DNA of 38,247 nucleotides from a plasmid: sequence record NZ_CP077636.1; one strand, 5' to 3'. Shown piece by piece: positions 1 to 8,527 of this stretch (position 1 is its first letter; each line of letters starts with the position of its first letter). The notes under the pieces were generated by a model. It saw only the letters and a program-made list of their open reading frames with translations, ran no database searches and was not told where the DNA came from. The position numbers and the translations under genes were made by a program.

Positions 1-641
1 AAATCATCAGAAATAAAGACAATAAACAAAAGATTGAAGATATTAAAACTATCATCATTACAGAAAGTATGGTTGATAGTCTTTCTCTTTTTGAACTTAA
101 AGATTATGATCCTAATAGCACTTTACTTTGTGCGACAAACGGACAAATTACTAAAAGTCACAAAGAAATTTTTGCTTATTTTGAAAAAAATGCAAAAAAT
201 GCTAAGATCGTTTTAGGGTATGATAATGATGAAAAAGGACTTGATTTTACTCTAAAAACTAAGCAATGCTTTAAACAAAGAGAAATTATAGAAGAAAATC
301 CAAAGCTAAAAGATTTTAACGATGATTTGCTTATATCTAAAGTTTTTGGATTAAAAAAAGATTTTTCTTTAGAAGATATACAAAAAGAAATTAATTCTTT
401 GCAGGAAAAGACAGAATATTTACTTGATAGAAAAAGTGTCTTAATAGAGAGTAAAAAAACAGAACTTATCAAAGAAATATCAAACAATGATATTCCTTTA
501 GTTTCTTATTTAAAGCCAAAATTAGAAAATTTTGTAAATTTAAAGGCTTTGGGAAAAAGATTTGATGAGTTTAATGCGTATTTAGGTAGAATAACAGAAA
601 ATAAAAAATTAAGGAGTAGTGAGAATGGAAGAAAGCATTGA
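1..641 (+). CDS. DNA primase-like protein, C-terminal part (TOPRIM-like region); 5'-truncated at window edge, reading frame open from base 3
   Basis: ORF open from window start (frame 3: IIRNKDNKQKIEDIKTIIITESMVDSL...) with no upstream stop. 'IIITES..DSLSL' and 'GYDNDEKGLDF' resemble the TOPRIM acidic motifs of DnaG/TraC-type primases. Matches in frame the 5' gene fragment at the window end. Confidence 0.5.
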   Translation, partial: IIRNKDNKQKIEDIKTIIITESMVDSLSLFELKDYDPNSTLLCATNGQITKSHKEIFAYFEKNAKNAKIVLGYDNDEKGLDFTLKTKQCFKQREIIEENPKLKDFNDDLLISKVFGLKKDFSLEDIQKEINSLQEKTEYLLDRKSVLIESKKTELIKEISNNDIPLVSYLKPKLENFVNLKALGKRFDEFNAYLGRITENKKLRSSENGRKH

Positions 642-1053
642 AAAAAGAATTAATGAAATTTATCAAGAAACTTTAAAACAAAATTTTGATGAGAAATATG
701 ATATTCTTAAACAATTTGATTTTATTTCTAAGAATTGCTCTGATGAATATAAATTAAGAAAAGATATTATAAAAAAGAATTTTTTTAATTTTATGGGAGA
801 AGTTTTGGGGAGCAGGGTGAAAAGAGGTTTTTTTATAGATTTTCTTGTGTCAATATTTTGTTTATCTTTCTCAGCTTTTGCAATAATTTTAACTGCAGTT
901 ATAAGAAGTGAAGAACTTTTTCTAAACTATTGTTTAATAGCAGGATTTTTTGGGTTTATCGGCATTTGGGGATTTGATAGTAATTTGAACGCATTAAAGT
1001 ATTATGCAGATCTTTATTCTAAAGAATTTATTAGAAAAAGAATTTTTGGTTAA
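619..1053 (+). CDS. hypothetical protein with C-terminal hydrophobic (membrane) segment
   Basis: 144-aa ORF, RBS-like 'aaggagtagtgagaATG', two hydrophobic stretches at C-terminus. Confidence 0.5.
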   Translation: MRMEESIEKRINEIYQETLKQNFDEKYDILKQFDFISKNCSDEYKLRKDIIKKNFFNFMGEVLGSRVKRGFFIDFLVSIFCLSFSAFAIILTAVIRSEELFLNYCLIAGFFGFIGIWGFDSNLNALKYYADLYSKEFIRKRIFG

Positions 1054-1191
1054 AACAAGCCATTTTTAAATAAATATTTGATATAATTACGAAATTAGTA
1101 GGCAATAAACAAAAATCCTTTGTCTTTTGTTTTTTGTCTTATAAGGTTTTTTTTATTTGCCTGCTAACCCCATAAAACACTTGTTTTATGT

Positions 1192-1253
1192 GGAAAATTA
1201 AGCCAAAAGTCTTAATTTTTATGAGTTTAAGCGGGGACACCCCGCAACGCCCC
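1192..1253 (+). repeat. 62-bp GC-hairpin element, copy 1 (identical to 20069-20130)
   Basis: ggaaaattaagccaaaagtcttaatttttatgagtttaagcggggacaccccgcaacgcccc. Contains the perfect hairpin gcgggg-aca-ccccgc and a ttaag/cttaa stem. GC-rich island in AT-rich DNA. Confidence 0.8.
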
Positions 1254-1360
1254 TAATTTTATTTCAAACTCCATATTTAAATCTTAATTTCATTTTATCA
1301 GTATCATTTATTTTTAAGTCCTTTTCTAAAGCCAAAAAAGGACTTAAGATAAGTAAAAAA

Positions 1361-1524
1361 AGGGGGAAAATGTTTTGGGTTTGGTGCAAAATGAGTTTAA
1401 AAAAACATATAAAAAAAGTATAAATAACATATAAATAACATATAAAAAAGGTATATATTAAGTATAGATTAAGTATAAAAAAGGTATAATTATAATAACA
1501 AAAACAAAAGACAAAGGACAAAAA
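1361..1524 (+). promoter_or_regulatory. conserved promoter/operator/leader block, copy A (long form)
   Basis: aaagggggaaaatgttttgggtttggtgcaaaatgagtttaaaaaaa + (catataaa(t/a)aa)x2 + ggtatatattaagtatagattaagtataaaaaaggtataattataat + leader aacaaaaacaaaagacaaaggacaaaaaATG. TATAAT -10-like hexamers and 11-bp phased TAAGTATA repeats. Confidence 0.65.
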
Positions 1525-1869
1525 ATGAAAATCGAAGTAATTAAAAACAAGTTTTTTGATTTAGAAAGTGTTCTAAAGGGCGAGAGAAAAAATATTTATA
1601 ATAAAGACGCTTACGCTTTTTTAGAATGTAAAGATGATAAAGATAATATTGCTAGATTTTTTGATTTAGGCGAGATTGCACTAAATTATAATCAAGAAAA
1701 CAATCAAATTGAAGTTTATTTTCTTAAGTATGAGTTTTTTCAAGAGAGCTACGAAATTTTAAAATATCATATTGTAAATAGTATTAAGTTTGCTTTTGTG
1801 AGTGCTGAAGACACTTTTAAAAGATTATCCAACTTAAAAATTAATGTTAAAGATTTTATAAAAGAATAA
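1525..1869 (+). CDS. hypothetical protein
   Basis: 114-aa ORF immediately downstream of promoter block A. Confidence 0.55.
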   Translation: MKIEVIKNKFFDLESVLKGERKNIYNKDAYAFLECKDDKDNIARFFDLGEIALNYNQENNQIEVYFLKYEFFQESYEILKYHIVNSIKFAFVSAEDTFKRLSNLKINVKDFIKE

Positions 1870-1882
1870 GTGGGGGTGGATT

Positions 1883-2191
1883 ATGCAAAAAAATATAAAA
1901 GTTGATTTTAATAGTAAAATTATCGCATTAGAGATTGATTATAGCAAAGATTATGGTAATTTTTTTAAGAATATTGTTAATGAACTTTATTTAGAAAATA
2001 AAGACTATATTAAGCTTAAAGGTTACACAAGAAAAATAAATTTTCAATTTGGTGTTGATCAAGAAAAGCAAAAAAGATTTTTATTGCTTTCTTATGAGCA
2101 AATTGACAAAATAAAGAGTATTAATTTACTTATGTTATCTGAAGCTTACAGACTTATTAATTTTATTGCGGAAAAGATTTTAATTAAATAG
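1883..2191 (+). CDS. hypothetical protein
   Basis: 102-aa ORF, RBS 'gtgggggtggattATG', co-directional with neighbours. Confidence 0.5.
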   Translation: MQKNIKVDFNSKIIALEIDYSKDYGNFFKNIVNELYLENKDYIKLKGYTRKINFQFGVDQEKQKRFLLLSYEQIDKIKSINLLMLSEAYRLINFIAEKILIK

Positions 2192-2200
2192 GATAATAAT

Positions 2201-2422
2201 ATGAATAAAGTATTAGCAAAAAGACTAGCAAAAAAGGCTCGAGAAAAAGAGCTATTTTTGCTTTTTAAGGAATTTATGAGAGAAGTTGAAGAGTTAGAAT
2301 TTTTTGTTTTTAGAAAAATAAAAAATTCTAAAGAATTTAAAGAATACATCTTAAAATTAGAAGATAAAAAATCTCCGAAACTTTTTAGTGATGAAAGTCT
2401 AAAAGTAAGACTTATTTATTAA
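2201..2422 (+). CDS. hypothetical small protein
   Basis: 73-aa ORF, tightly spaced in operon. Confidence 0.4.
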   Translation: MNKVLAKRLAKKAREKELFLLFKEFMREVEELEFFVFRKIKNSKEFKEYILKLEDKKSPKLFSDESLKVRLIY

Positions 2423-2434
2423 AGGATAGCAAAT

Positions 2435-2830
2435 ATGAATTTAATAGCCAAAAAAAATATACAGAGTTATTTTTTATATTTATGTATTATAGTTTCAATC
2501 TGCATTTTTAAAAGCGAAATTTGGAGCTTTATAAAAAATGTTTTGAAAGAGTTGTTTTTAACATTTGTAGAAAGTGTTAATTATATTGGCAAAGATAATA
2601 TAGTTTTTGTTTCAAATTTTATCATTTTATGCTTTATTCTTAAGATTGTATGTTGGCTTTATGGAACTTATCAAGTCTTAAGGGTTTCATTATATTTAAT
2701 TCCTTTATTTATAGCTATATTATATATTTTTGGTATAGAATTAAGCTTGGATAGTTTTAATTTTTATTTTCTTACATTTATTATTGTTTTAAATGGGCTT
2801 TTATGGGCTTATAATCAGGAGCTAAAATGA
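2435..2830 (+). CDS. hypothetical integral membrane protein
   Basis: 131 aa, 3-4 hydrophobic helices, RBS 'aaaggatagcaaatATG'. Confidence 0.5.
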   Translation: MNLIAKKNIQSYFLYLCIIVSICIFKSEIWSFIKNVLKELFLTFVESVNYIGKDNIVFVSNFIILCFILKIVCWLYGTYQVLRVSLYLIPLFIAILYIFGIELSLDSFNFYFLTFIIVLNGLLWAYNQELK

Positions 2831-2902
2831 ACTTATTAAAAGAGATTGAAAAAAATATCACACGGAAAAAGTAAAAAATAAATTTTTATTAAAGGAGTTT
2901 GT

Positions 2903-3334
2903 ATGGAAATTAAAAAAATTATTTTAGTCTATGCTATTTATATAGGTATTGTTGCTTTTATTATTTTTTTTGGAAAAGATTTTCTAAATTTAACATTTTT
3001 AGTATTTGAAAATTTATGGAACTTTTTTTCAGCGATAGAGGGTGTTTATTATGGGATAGGCATTGTTTTATTTTGTAGCTTAGTTCCTATTTGGATATCA
3101 ATAGACATTTCAAAAAATAAAATAGTTGGCATTTTAATATTTTTATTAATTGTTACTCCATTGCTTTTTTTATTTTTTTATTATTCTAACGCTAATTTTA
3201 GTCTCAATTATTTTAGAAAACTTTACGACTTGCAATTTCCTATTGGACTTATTATACTTATTGTTGTATTTTCTTGTTTTGTAACAACAGCAATAGTTCA
3301 TTTTATAGGATTAAATACCGATGAAAACAAATAA
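2903..3334 (+). CDS. hypothetical integral membrane protein
   Basis: 143 aa, 4 predicted TM helices, RBS 'aaaggagtttgtATG'. Confidence 0.5.
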   Translation: MEIKKIILVYAIYIGIVAFIIFFGKDFLNLTFLVFENLWNFFSAIEGVYYGIGIVLFCSLVPIWISIDISKNKIVGILIFLLIVTPLLFLFFYYSNANFSLNYFRKLYDLQFPIGLIILIVVFSCFVTTAIVHFIGLNTDENK

Positions 3335-3752
3335 AATAATTTGGACTTGTATTAATTGTCAAAAAACTAATGATACAAGCTTAGGAAGTTTAAAAAGTTT
3401 AGAAAAAGCAGAGCAAATATTGACTTCTTTTAATGAAGAAGTAATCTTGCTTGCAAAATGTAAAAAATGTAAGAAAAATAATGAATTGCTTATGAAGTTT
3501 AAAATAATAGGATTAAGTCAGTTCCAAGATGAAAATAAGAGTAAAAGAACACTTAATATGGTTAAAATTAACAAAGAAAGAGCCAAGAATAAAAAGGAGA
3601 AAATTTTTTCCCTTTTAAGCGGATTATTTTCAGATAGTTATAAAGATGAAAAAGGAAATTTTGATATAGAAAAAATAGCTTTACACGCAAAAGTAAATAT
3701 AAAAACTGCAAAAAAATATATTTTAGAGTATGAAAAGGAGAATAAAAAATAA
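3321..3752 (+). CDS. hypothetical zinc-ribbon protein (CxxC...CxxC)
   Basis: CINCQKT...CKKCKK motif pairs near N-terminus; lysine-rich C-terminus. Confidence 0.45.
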   Translation: MKTNKIIWTCINCQKTNDTSLGSLKSLEKAEQILTSFNEEVILLAKCKKCKKNNELLMKFKIIGLSQFQDENKSKRTLNMVKINKERAKNKKEKIFSLLSGLFSDSYKDEKGNFDIEKIALHAKVNIKTAKKYILEYEKENKK

Positions 3753-3892
3753 TGCGTTTAGATACCGCACCATTTATACTTATTTTAGCTTTTTTCAATT
3801 TTTTTACTTCTTTTTAATCATCTATAAAATAGGCTTTTCGTAGACATCTAATTACTTTAGATTATTTTTAATTTATTATACTTGCAGATATT

Positions 3893-3950
3893 TTTTATTG
3901 ACTTTGTTATTGACCTAGCTAAAATTTGCTATTGACTTTATTGACTTAAA
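3893..3950 (+). promoter_or_regulatory. cluster of four TATTGAC(T/C) direct repeats upstream of ORF 3960
   Basis: ttattgactttgttattgacctagctaaaatttgctattgactttattgactta. Confidence 0.4.
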
Positions 3951-3959
3951 GGAGTAAAA

Positions 3960-4145
3960 ATGTCAAACATAAATGCTTTTTTATTTGGCTTTACAAATAT
4001 GTTTAATGCAGATATCCTTAAAGCTACATCTTTAAAAGACAGAAAAACAATGATAAGTGATTTTTATAAAAAATCAGAAGAATTAAGAAAACATAGCAAT
4101 GAAGAGTATAACGCCAAATTTGAAAAAATCACAAAACAAAAATAA
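3960..4145 (+). CDS. hypothetical small protein
   Basis: 61-aa ORF with RBS 'aaggagtaaaaATG'; C-terminal '...EKITKQK' shared with next small ORF. Confidence 0.4.
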   Translation: MSNINAFLFGFTNMFNADILKATSLKDRKTMISDFYKKSEELRKHSNEEYNAKFEKITKQK

Positions 4146-4156
4146 GGAAAACCAAA

Positions 4157-4327
4157 ATGACAAAAACACAAGCTTTTGTAGATGGTTTTGTAGGTAAGCC
4201 TATAAAAAACGAATGCTTTAATTTATGGGATTTAAATGCTATTATAAGAGAAAAACAAGCAAAATTATATAAAGAGAATATTGAATTTAGAGAGAAACAA
4301 ATTGAAAAAATCACAAAACAAAAGTAA
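4157..4327 (+). CDS. hypothetical small protein (56 aa), paralogous tail to 3960..4145
   Basis: ATG at 4157 after 'aataaggaaaaccaaaATG'; ends IEKITKQK like upstream ORF. Below the 60-aa ORF-track cutoff. Confidence 0.3.
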   Translation: MTKTQAFVDGFVGKPIKNECFNLWDLNAIIREKQAKLYKENIEFREKQIEKITKQK

Positions 4328-4780
4328 TATTACTTTAAATCAATAAAATAATACTTTTATTAATGTTAATTCTTCTTTCGATTGCTTACCCAAACTATCA
4401 AAAGAAATGCAAGAAAAGTGCATTTCTTTAATGGAAAAACAAACAGATCATATTATAAATATTGAAAGGAAATTAATTGAAGATGATATTTACCCAAGTG
4501 ATTTTGAAGAATTTAGCGTGGAAGATGTAGTATGATTTTATGAAGCACTAAGCGAAAAAGAGCAAAATGAGTTTTTATACCGAATTAAAAAAAGTAAAAG
4601 CACAGACCCTGAAGAGAAAATAAGAGAATTATTTGATGAATTAAATAATGATGAAACGGTAATGCTTTTAAAAGAATTAAATGAAAAATTTAAAAGTTTT
4701 GAAGAATGGCAAGAAATTGTTAAAAGTATTAATAACATAGAAGCTTAAAAAGAGTTATATTTCAAACAAGAATAATAAAA

Positions 4781-4925
4781 AAAAGGGGGAAAATGTTTTG
4801 GGTTTGGTGCAAAATGAGTTTAAAAAAACATATAAAAAACATATAAAAAATATATAGATTAAGTATAGATTAAGTATAAAAAAGGTATAATTATAATAAC
4901 AAAAACAAAAGACAAAGGCAAAAAG
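4781..4925 (+). promoter_or_regulatory. conserved promoter/operator/leader block, copy B (long form)
   Basis: near-identical to 1361-1524 and 23478-23640. Confidence 0.65.
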
Positions 4926-5288
4926 ATGGAAAAAGTTTATATTACAGAAAATGGAAGTAAAATTAAGTTAAGAGCAGAAAACTTACCTTCTGTAAATAAT
5001 CTTAATAAAGATTTGTTTGTTTTTTTATCTGAACTAGAAAAAGGCGTGGATTTTAGAAGTTATGAATTTTCAAATGATGAAGATGAGTATATTATTAATG
5101 CTTTTGAATTGTTTTCTTGCGTGTTTTGGGGTATGGATTTTAATCAAAGAGAAAAATTAGAGATTTTAAGAGATGAAAATAAAAATATATTTTTAAAATT
5201 TAAAGACAATATAAAACAGTTTGAAAAAGATAAAAAATACAAATGGGAAAAAGTATTAAAAGAATTAAAAAAATGTTCTAAAAAATAA
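4926..5288 (+). CDS. hypothetical protein
   Basis: 120-aa ORF directly after block B leader. Confidence 0.55.
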   Translation: MEKVYITENGSKIKLRAENLPSVNNLNKDLFVFLSELEKGVDFRSYEFSNDEDEYIINAFELFSCVFWGMDFNQREKLEILRDENKNIFLKFKDNIKQFEKDKKYKWEKVLKELKKCSKK

Positions 5289-5511
5289 AGTTTGAAAAGT
5301 TTAATTTTCAAGTTTTTTAAAAAATAGCTTGAAAGCCTATTTTATAGTGTTTTTAAAGATTTTTTCTATTCTTTTTAAGTTTTCTCAAAAAAGAATTAAA
5401 ACTTAAAGTTATGGAAAAATAGGCTTTTAAAGGCTTAAGGTTTGATAAATCTTAAAAAGATTTTTTAAAGTAAAAAAGTTATAATTTGTTTATATAAAAT
5501 AAGGAGTAAAA

Positions 5512-5796
5512 ATGTTTGATTATTCTAAATATGAAAATGCTACTGAAAAACAATTAATACACGCTTTGACTTTAGCAGAAAAAAGAGCAGAGAAACTAAA
5601 CTCGCAATTAAAAGAGAATAACGAACTTTTTAAATTTTTACAAAAAAAGTTAAAAAATTCTTTTAACACCAAAAAAACAAAAAAAGCAGATCAAAGAAGA
5701 CCTGAATTAGATGAAGCGATTGAAGATTATAAAAATGGAAATGTAGAACATTATGCCAATGTAGAAGAAGCGTTTAAGGCTTTAAATGCAGAATAA
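5512..5796 (+). CDS. putative antitoxin of YafQ/RelE-type toxin-antitoxin pair (not an obvious RHH DinJ)
   Basis: 94-aa ORF overlapping the downstream toxin gene by 11 nt; RBS 'taaggagtaaaaATG'. Confidence 0.45.
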   Translation: MFDYSKYENATEKQLIHALTLAEKRAEKLNSQLKENNELFKFLQKKLKNSFNTKKTKKADQRRPELDEAIEDYKNGNVEHYANVEEAFKALNAE

Positions 5797-6061
5797 ATAT
5801 AGCGTTACTTTTTCTAAAAGGTTTAAAAAAGATTTTAAAAAAATAAATAATAATGATAAAAAAATTTTAAAAAAAATAGTCAATAAACTTGCCAATGATG
5901 AAGTATTAGAAGAAAAATACAAAGACCACGCACTAAAAGGAAATTATATCGGTTTTAGAGAATGCCACATTAAACCTGATTTGTTATTAGTCTATCGCAA
6001 AAATAATGATATTTTAGAATTATATTTGGCTAATTTAGGAAATCACAATAATATTTTTTAG
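5786..6061 (+). CDS. type II toxin, YafQ/RelE family
   Basis: 'YKDHALKGNYIGFRECHIKPDLLLVYRKNNDILELYLANLGNHNNIF' matches the YafQ core (KDHxLxG...R.cH..PDwlLiY...L...tGtH). 91 aa. Confidence 0.75.
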   Translation: MQNKYSVTFSKRFKKDFKKINNNDKKILKKIVNKLANDEVLEEKYKDHALKGNYIGFRECHIKPDLLLVYRKNNDILELYLANLGNHNNIF

Positions 6062-6074
6062 TCTAAAAATAACA

Positions 6075-6150
6075 AAAACATATAAAAAACATATAAAAAA
6101 GGTATATATTAAGTATAGATTAAGTATAAAAAAGGTATAATTATATTAAT
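6075..6150 (+). promoter_or_regulatory. promoter/operator block, copy C (short form)
   Basis: catataaaaaacatataaaaaaggtatatattaagtatagattaagtataaaaaaggtataattata upstream of lipoprotein gene. Confidence 0.6.
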
Positions 6151-6174
6151 TTAATTTTTAAAATAGGAGTAAAA

Positions 6175-6567
6175 ATGAAAAAGATTTTAACAAGTGCTTT
6201 GGCTTTAGGAGCTATGACTTTGATTATAGGTTGTGGCGATGGCGATTTAGTCGAGTTAAAAAACAATGGCAACGACCAAGCTATGTTTGATTTAGGCAAT
6301 CAAGAGATTATGAAAAAATATCCAAATTATAAGCTTTATGATTATACTTCAGTCAGAGCAATTAGTGATATTAACAATCCAGAAGGCAAAATTAAAGAAA
6401 TGAAGCGTGATTTAGAAATAGATAAAACTCCATACTCGAACTATGTTTTCTTATTAAACCCAAATGATAAAAAAGACTATAAAGTTGTGAGTGTTTATTG
6501 CGATAAAGATTTTAAGAAAAGAGTTTATTGTTCTGTGAATGATGCTTTTAGGTTTTATGCAAAATAA
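6175..6567 (+). CDS. putative lipoprotein
   Basis: signal peptide MKKILTSALALGAMTLIIGC with lipobox-like LIIGC. Confidence 0.6.
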   Translation: MKKILTSALALGAMTLIIGCGDGDLVELKNNGNDQAMFDLGNQEIMKKYPNYKLYDYTSVRAISDINNPEGKIKEMKRDLEIDKTPYSNYVFLLNPNDKKDYKVVSVYCDKDFKKRVYCSVNDAFRFYAK

Positions 6568-6608
6568 TACAACAAGCGGGAAAAATCCCGCTATCTTTCT
6601 AATTCTTT

Positions 6609-6802
6609 TTATACCGACATTTTGCGGAAATTACATAATCCAATCAAATAGCCTATTTATAGCCATTAGAATAGATTTTTTTAGAAAAAAATATTAGTAA
6701 TTTAAGTTAATTTTTATATTTATAAAATACATTATAAATCCTATTTTACCATTACTTTAAGCTTTTTATAAGTCGCAAAATGTCGGTATAATTTTATAAG
6801 AT
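6609..6802. repeat. iteron module copy 1 (inverted iteron 6609-6628, spacer, direct iteron 6782-6802); about 190 bp near-identical to 32821-33004
   Basis: ttataccgacattttgcgga ... ttttaccattactttaagctttttataagtcgcaaaatgtcggtataat; overlaps relaxase 3' end. Confidence 0.8.
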
Positions 6803-8365
6803 TTTTTGATTATCTTTTGACTTATTAAACCCACCATAATTAATTTTATTAGACTTCACAGAAACTAATTTTAAATCATCGTTTATATTTAAATACTCAC
6901 AGCCTTTTTTATATTCTTGGATAATATAAGCATTTAAAGGAATTTTATTCTTATTTTTAGAAATAGAAAGTTTTAGATTATCTAAACGATTTTTAGCATA
7001 ATCTTTTAAAAATTCTTTGTTTTTTTCTAAGATTTTTAAATAATTTTCATATTCTTTGACTTCAGCGTTTGATTGTTTTAAAATCTCTATATAATTATTT
7101 ATATTATTTATCTTTTTTTCTATTTTAAAAATGCTTTCTTTCTTGCCATTAAAGAGTTTTGTTAGGATAGTATTAGCTTCCATAGTATTTTTTAAACTTT
7201 TGTCTAAATTAACATCATTTTTTAAAATAGATAATTTGACTTTTTCTAAAAGATCATAATCACTTTTTGTCGCTAGCTTATTTTTACGCATAAAATCAAC
7301 AAAATTTTTTAGATTTTTTGTATCTACAATGCTTTGATAATTATATTTATCAAGCTCTTTATTTAAAAGAGAAATCTTTTCATTAATTTTTTGAATTTCT
7401 TTTATTTCTGATAATATTTTTAAATCAATTTTATTTAAATCATCTGATAGTTTTTTTAACTCTTTGCCTAATTTGAAATATTTTTTATTATTTTTCTTTT
7501 TGTATTGATTAAAAAGATTTATGAGATCTAGTCTTTTTTGCTTTAATTCTAAACTTTCATTATTTAAAATATCAATCTTAGATTTTTTATTCTCTAGCTT
7601 TTTGCTTTCCTTTCTAATTATATTTAAAATCATATCACTTAAATCTTTTTTTGTATCTATATCATCAAGATATAAAGTGCTTTTTATTTTTTGATATTTT
7701 CTATCTAAATCTTTTTCGTAAGAAGCTTGGTTATGATAATGTAATCCTTTAGAACTTAAAGACATAGAAAAATTACTTCTAACATCATTCCAAAAATCTT
7801 TAATATCATCTTTTGTATTAAAATGAATTTTCTTTTTTGTTAAAATATTTCTTTTATTTAAAACAATGTGAATATGCGGATTATTTTGATGAGTGTGTAT
7901 TGCCATTACATACTTATAACCAAAAAAATTATTATCCATAGTTTCTTTGACACTTTTTTTTAAAATCTCTAAGTTTTTTTCAGAAGGATTTTCTTTAATA
8001 GAAAAAATCAAATGCCAAGCGTCTTTAGCATTTTCTTGATTTGAAAAATCCATTTTCCAATCTTTTATCACATCTTCTGTTAAAATCTCTTCCCCCTTTT
8101 CATTTATAAGATAAGGAGTATCAGCACTATTTAAAATATAATCCATTGCTCTTTTTGCTCCGTCTTTAGATAAATTAGAACAAAGCTTAACCACTGCTTG
8201 CTTAGAATAGGTAGTTTGATTAATATTATTAATATTATGTTTTATGGAATAACTATTAACAAAACTATTAAAAACTTTATTGCGTTTATAATTATCTTTT
8301 ATAACTGAACTTGCTTTTTTAATTTTTTGAATTTCTTCCCAATAATCGCTAAAAGATTTTTTCAA
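6794..8365 (-). CDS. conjugative relaxase, MOBP (RP4 TraI/VirD2-like) family, with long coiled-coil C-terminal domain
   Basis: N-terminal Tyr (FSDYWEE), motif II 'AWHLIFSIKENP' (cf. RP4 TraI 'tYHLlvSf'), 3-His motif 'AIHTHQNNPHIHIVLN' (cf. RP4 TraI HTDTDNLHIHIAIN). 523 aa. Confidence 0.85.
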   Translation of the reverse strand: MKKSFSDYWEEIQKIKKASSVIKDNYKRNKVFNSFVNSYSIKHNINNINQTTYSKQAVVKLCSNLSKDGAKRAMDYILNSADTPYLINEKGEEILTEDVIKDWKMDFSNQENAKDAWHLIFSIKENPSEKNLEILKKSVKETMDNNFFGYKYVMAIHTHQNNPHIHIVLNKRNILTKKKIHFNTKDDIKDFWNDVRSNFSMSLSSKGLHYHNQASYEKDLDRKYQKIKSTLYLDDIDTKKDLSDMILNIIRKESKKLENKKSKIDILNNESLELKQKRLDLINLFNQYKKKNNKKYFKLGKELKKLSDDLNKIDLKILSEIKEIQKINEKISLLNKELDKYNYQSIVDTKNLKNFVDFMRKNKLATKSDYDLLEKVKLSILKNDVNLDKSLKNTMEANTILTKLFNGKKESIFKIEKKINNINNYIEILKQSNAEVKEYENYLKILEKNKEFLKDYAKNRLDNLKLSISKNKNKIPLNAYIIQEYKKGCEYLNINDDLKLVSVKSNKINYGGFNKSKDNQKIL

Positions 8366-8437
8366 AGTTGTATCCTTTTTTTTATTATCGTAAATATTTT
8401 TATAAATTGTATTTAAAATCCAATTTTTTGTATAGGG

Positions 8438-8446
8438 GCAGGATAA
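8438..8446 (-). other. candidate nic site TTATCCTG|C (MOBP consensus YATCCTG|Y), 75 bp upstream of relaxase start codon
   Basis: plus strand gcaggataa = minus strand TTATCCTGC; a GC-containing 9-mer within the expected intergenic window. Confidence 0.4.
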
Positions 8447-8527
8447 CCCTTTATAGTGGCTTTTTTTGTGTATTAAAGCCTAAAATAAGGCATTTAAAAC
8501 ACAAAAAAGGATTTTTTTACAAAAAAT

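Noticed and set aside
176-487. Minus-strand ORFs embedded antisense in plus-strand genes (176..487, 9816..10043, 17113..17304, 17893..18105, 21917..22144, 23015..23197, 25035..25217, 27977..28159, 28214..28429, 28915..29166, 34109..34360, 36882..37184 and similar)
   Set aside because: Low-complexity F/S/L/I-rich translations typical of antisense frames of AT-rich coding DNA. No RBS. Each is fully covered by a better-supported plus-strand gene.
1231-1253. Mini-ORF atgagtttaagcggggacaccccgcaacgcccctaa (11 aa) inside the 62-bp element
   Set aside because: No ribosome-binding site; the second copy reads through into a different tail; more likely structural DNA or RNA than a peptide.
1316-1345. 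Hairpin aagtcctttt-ctaaagcc-aaaaggactt as an intrinsic terminator
   Set aside because: Good stem, but no U-run on either strand immediately 3' of it; left unannotated as a terminator.
1264-1521. 85-aa minus-strand ORF
   Set aside because: Lies entirely within the repeated promoter/operator block A; its repetitive peptide (YTFFIC... x2) simply reflects the DNA repeats.
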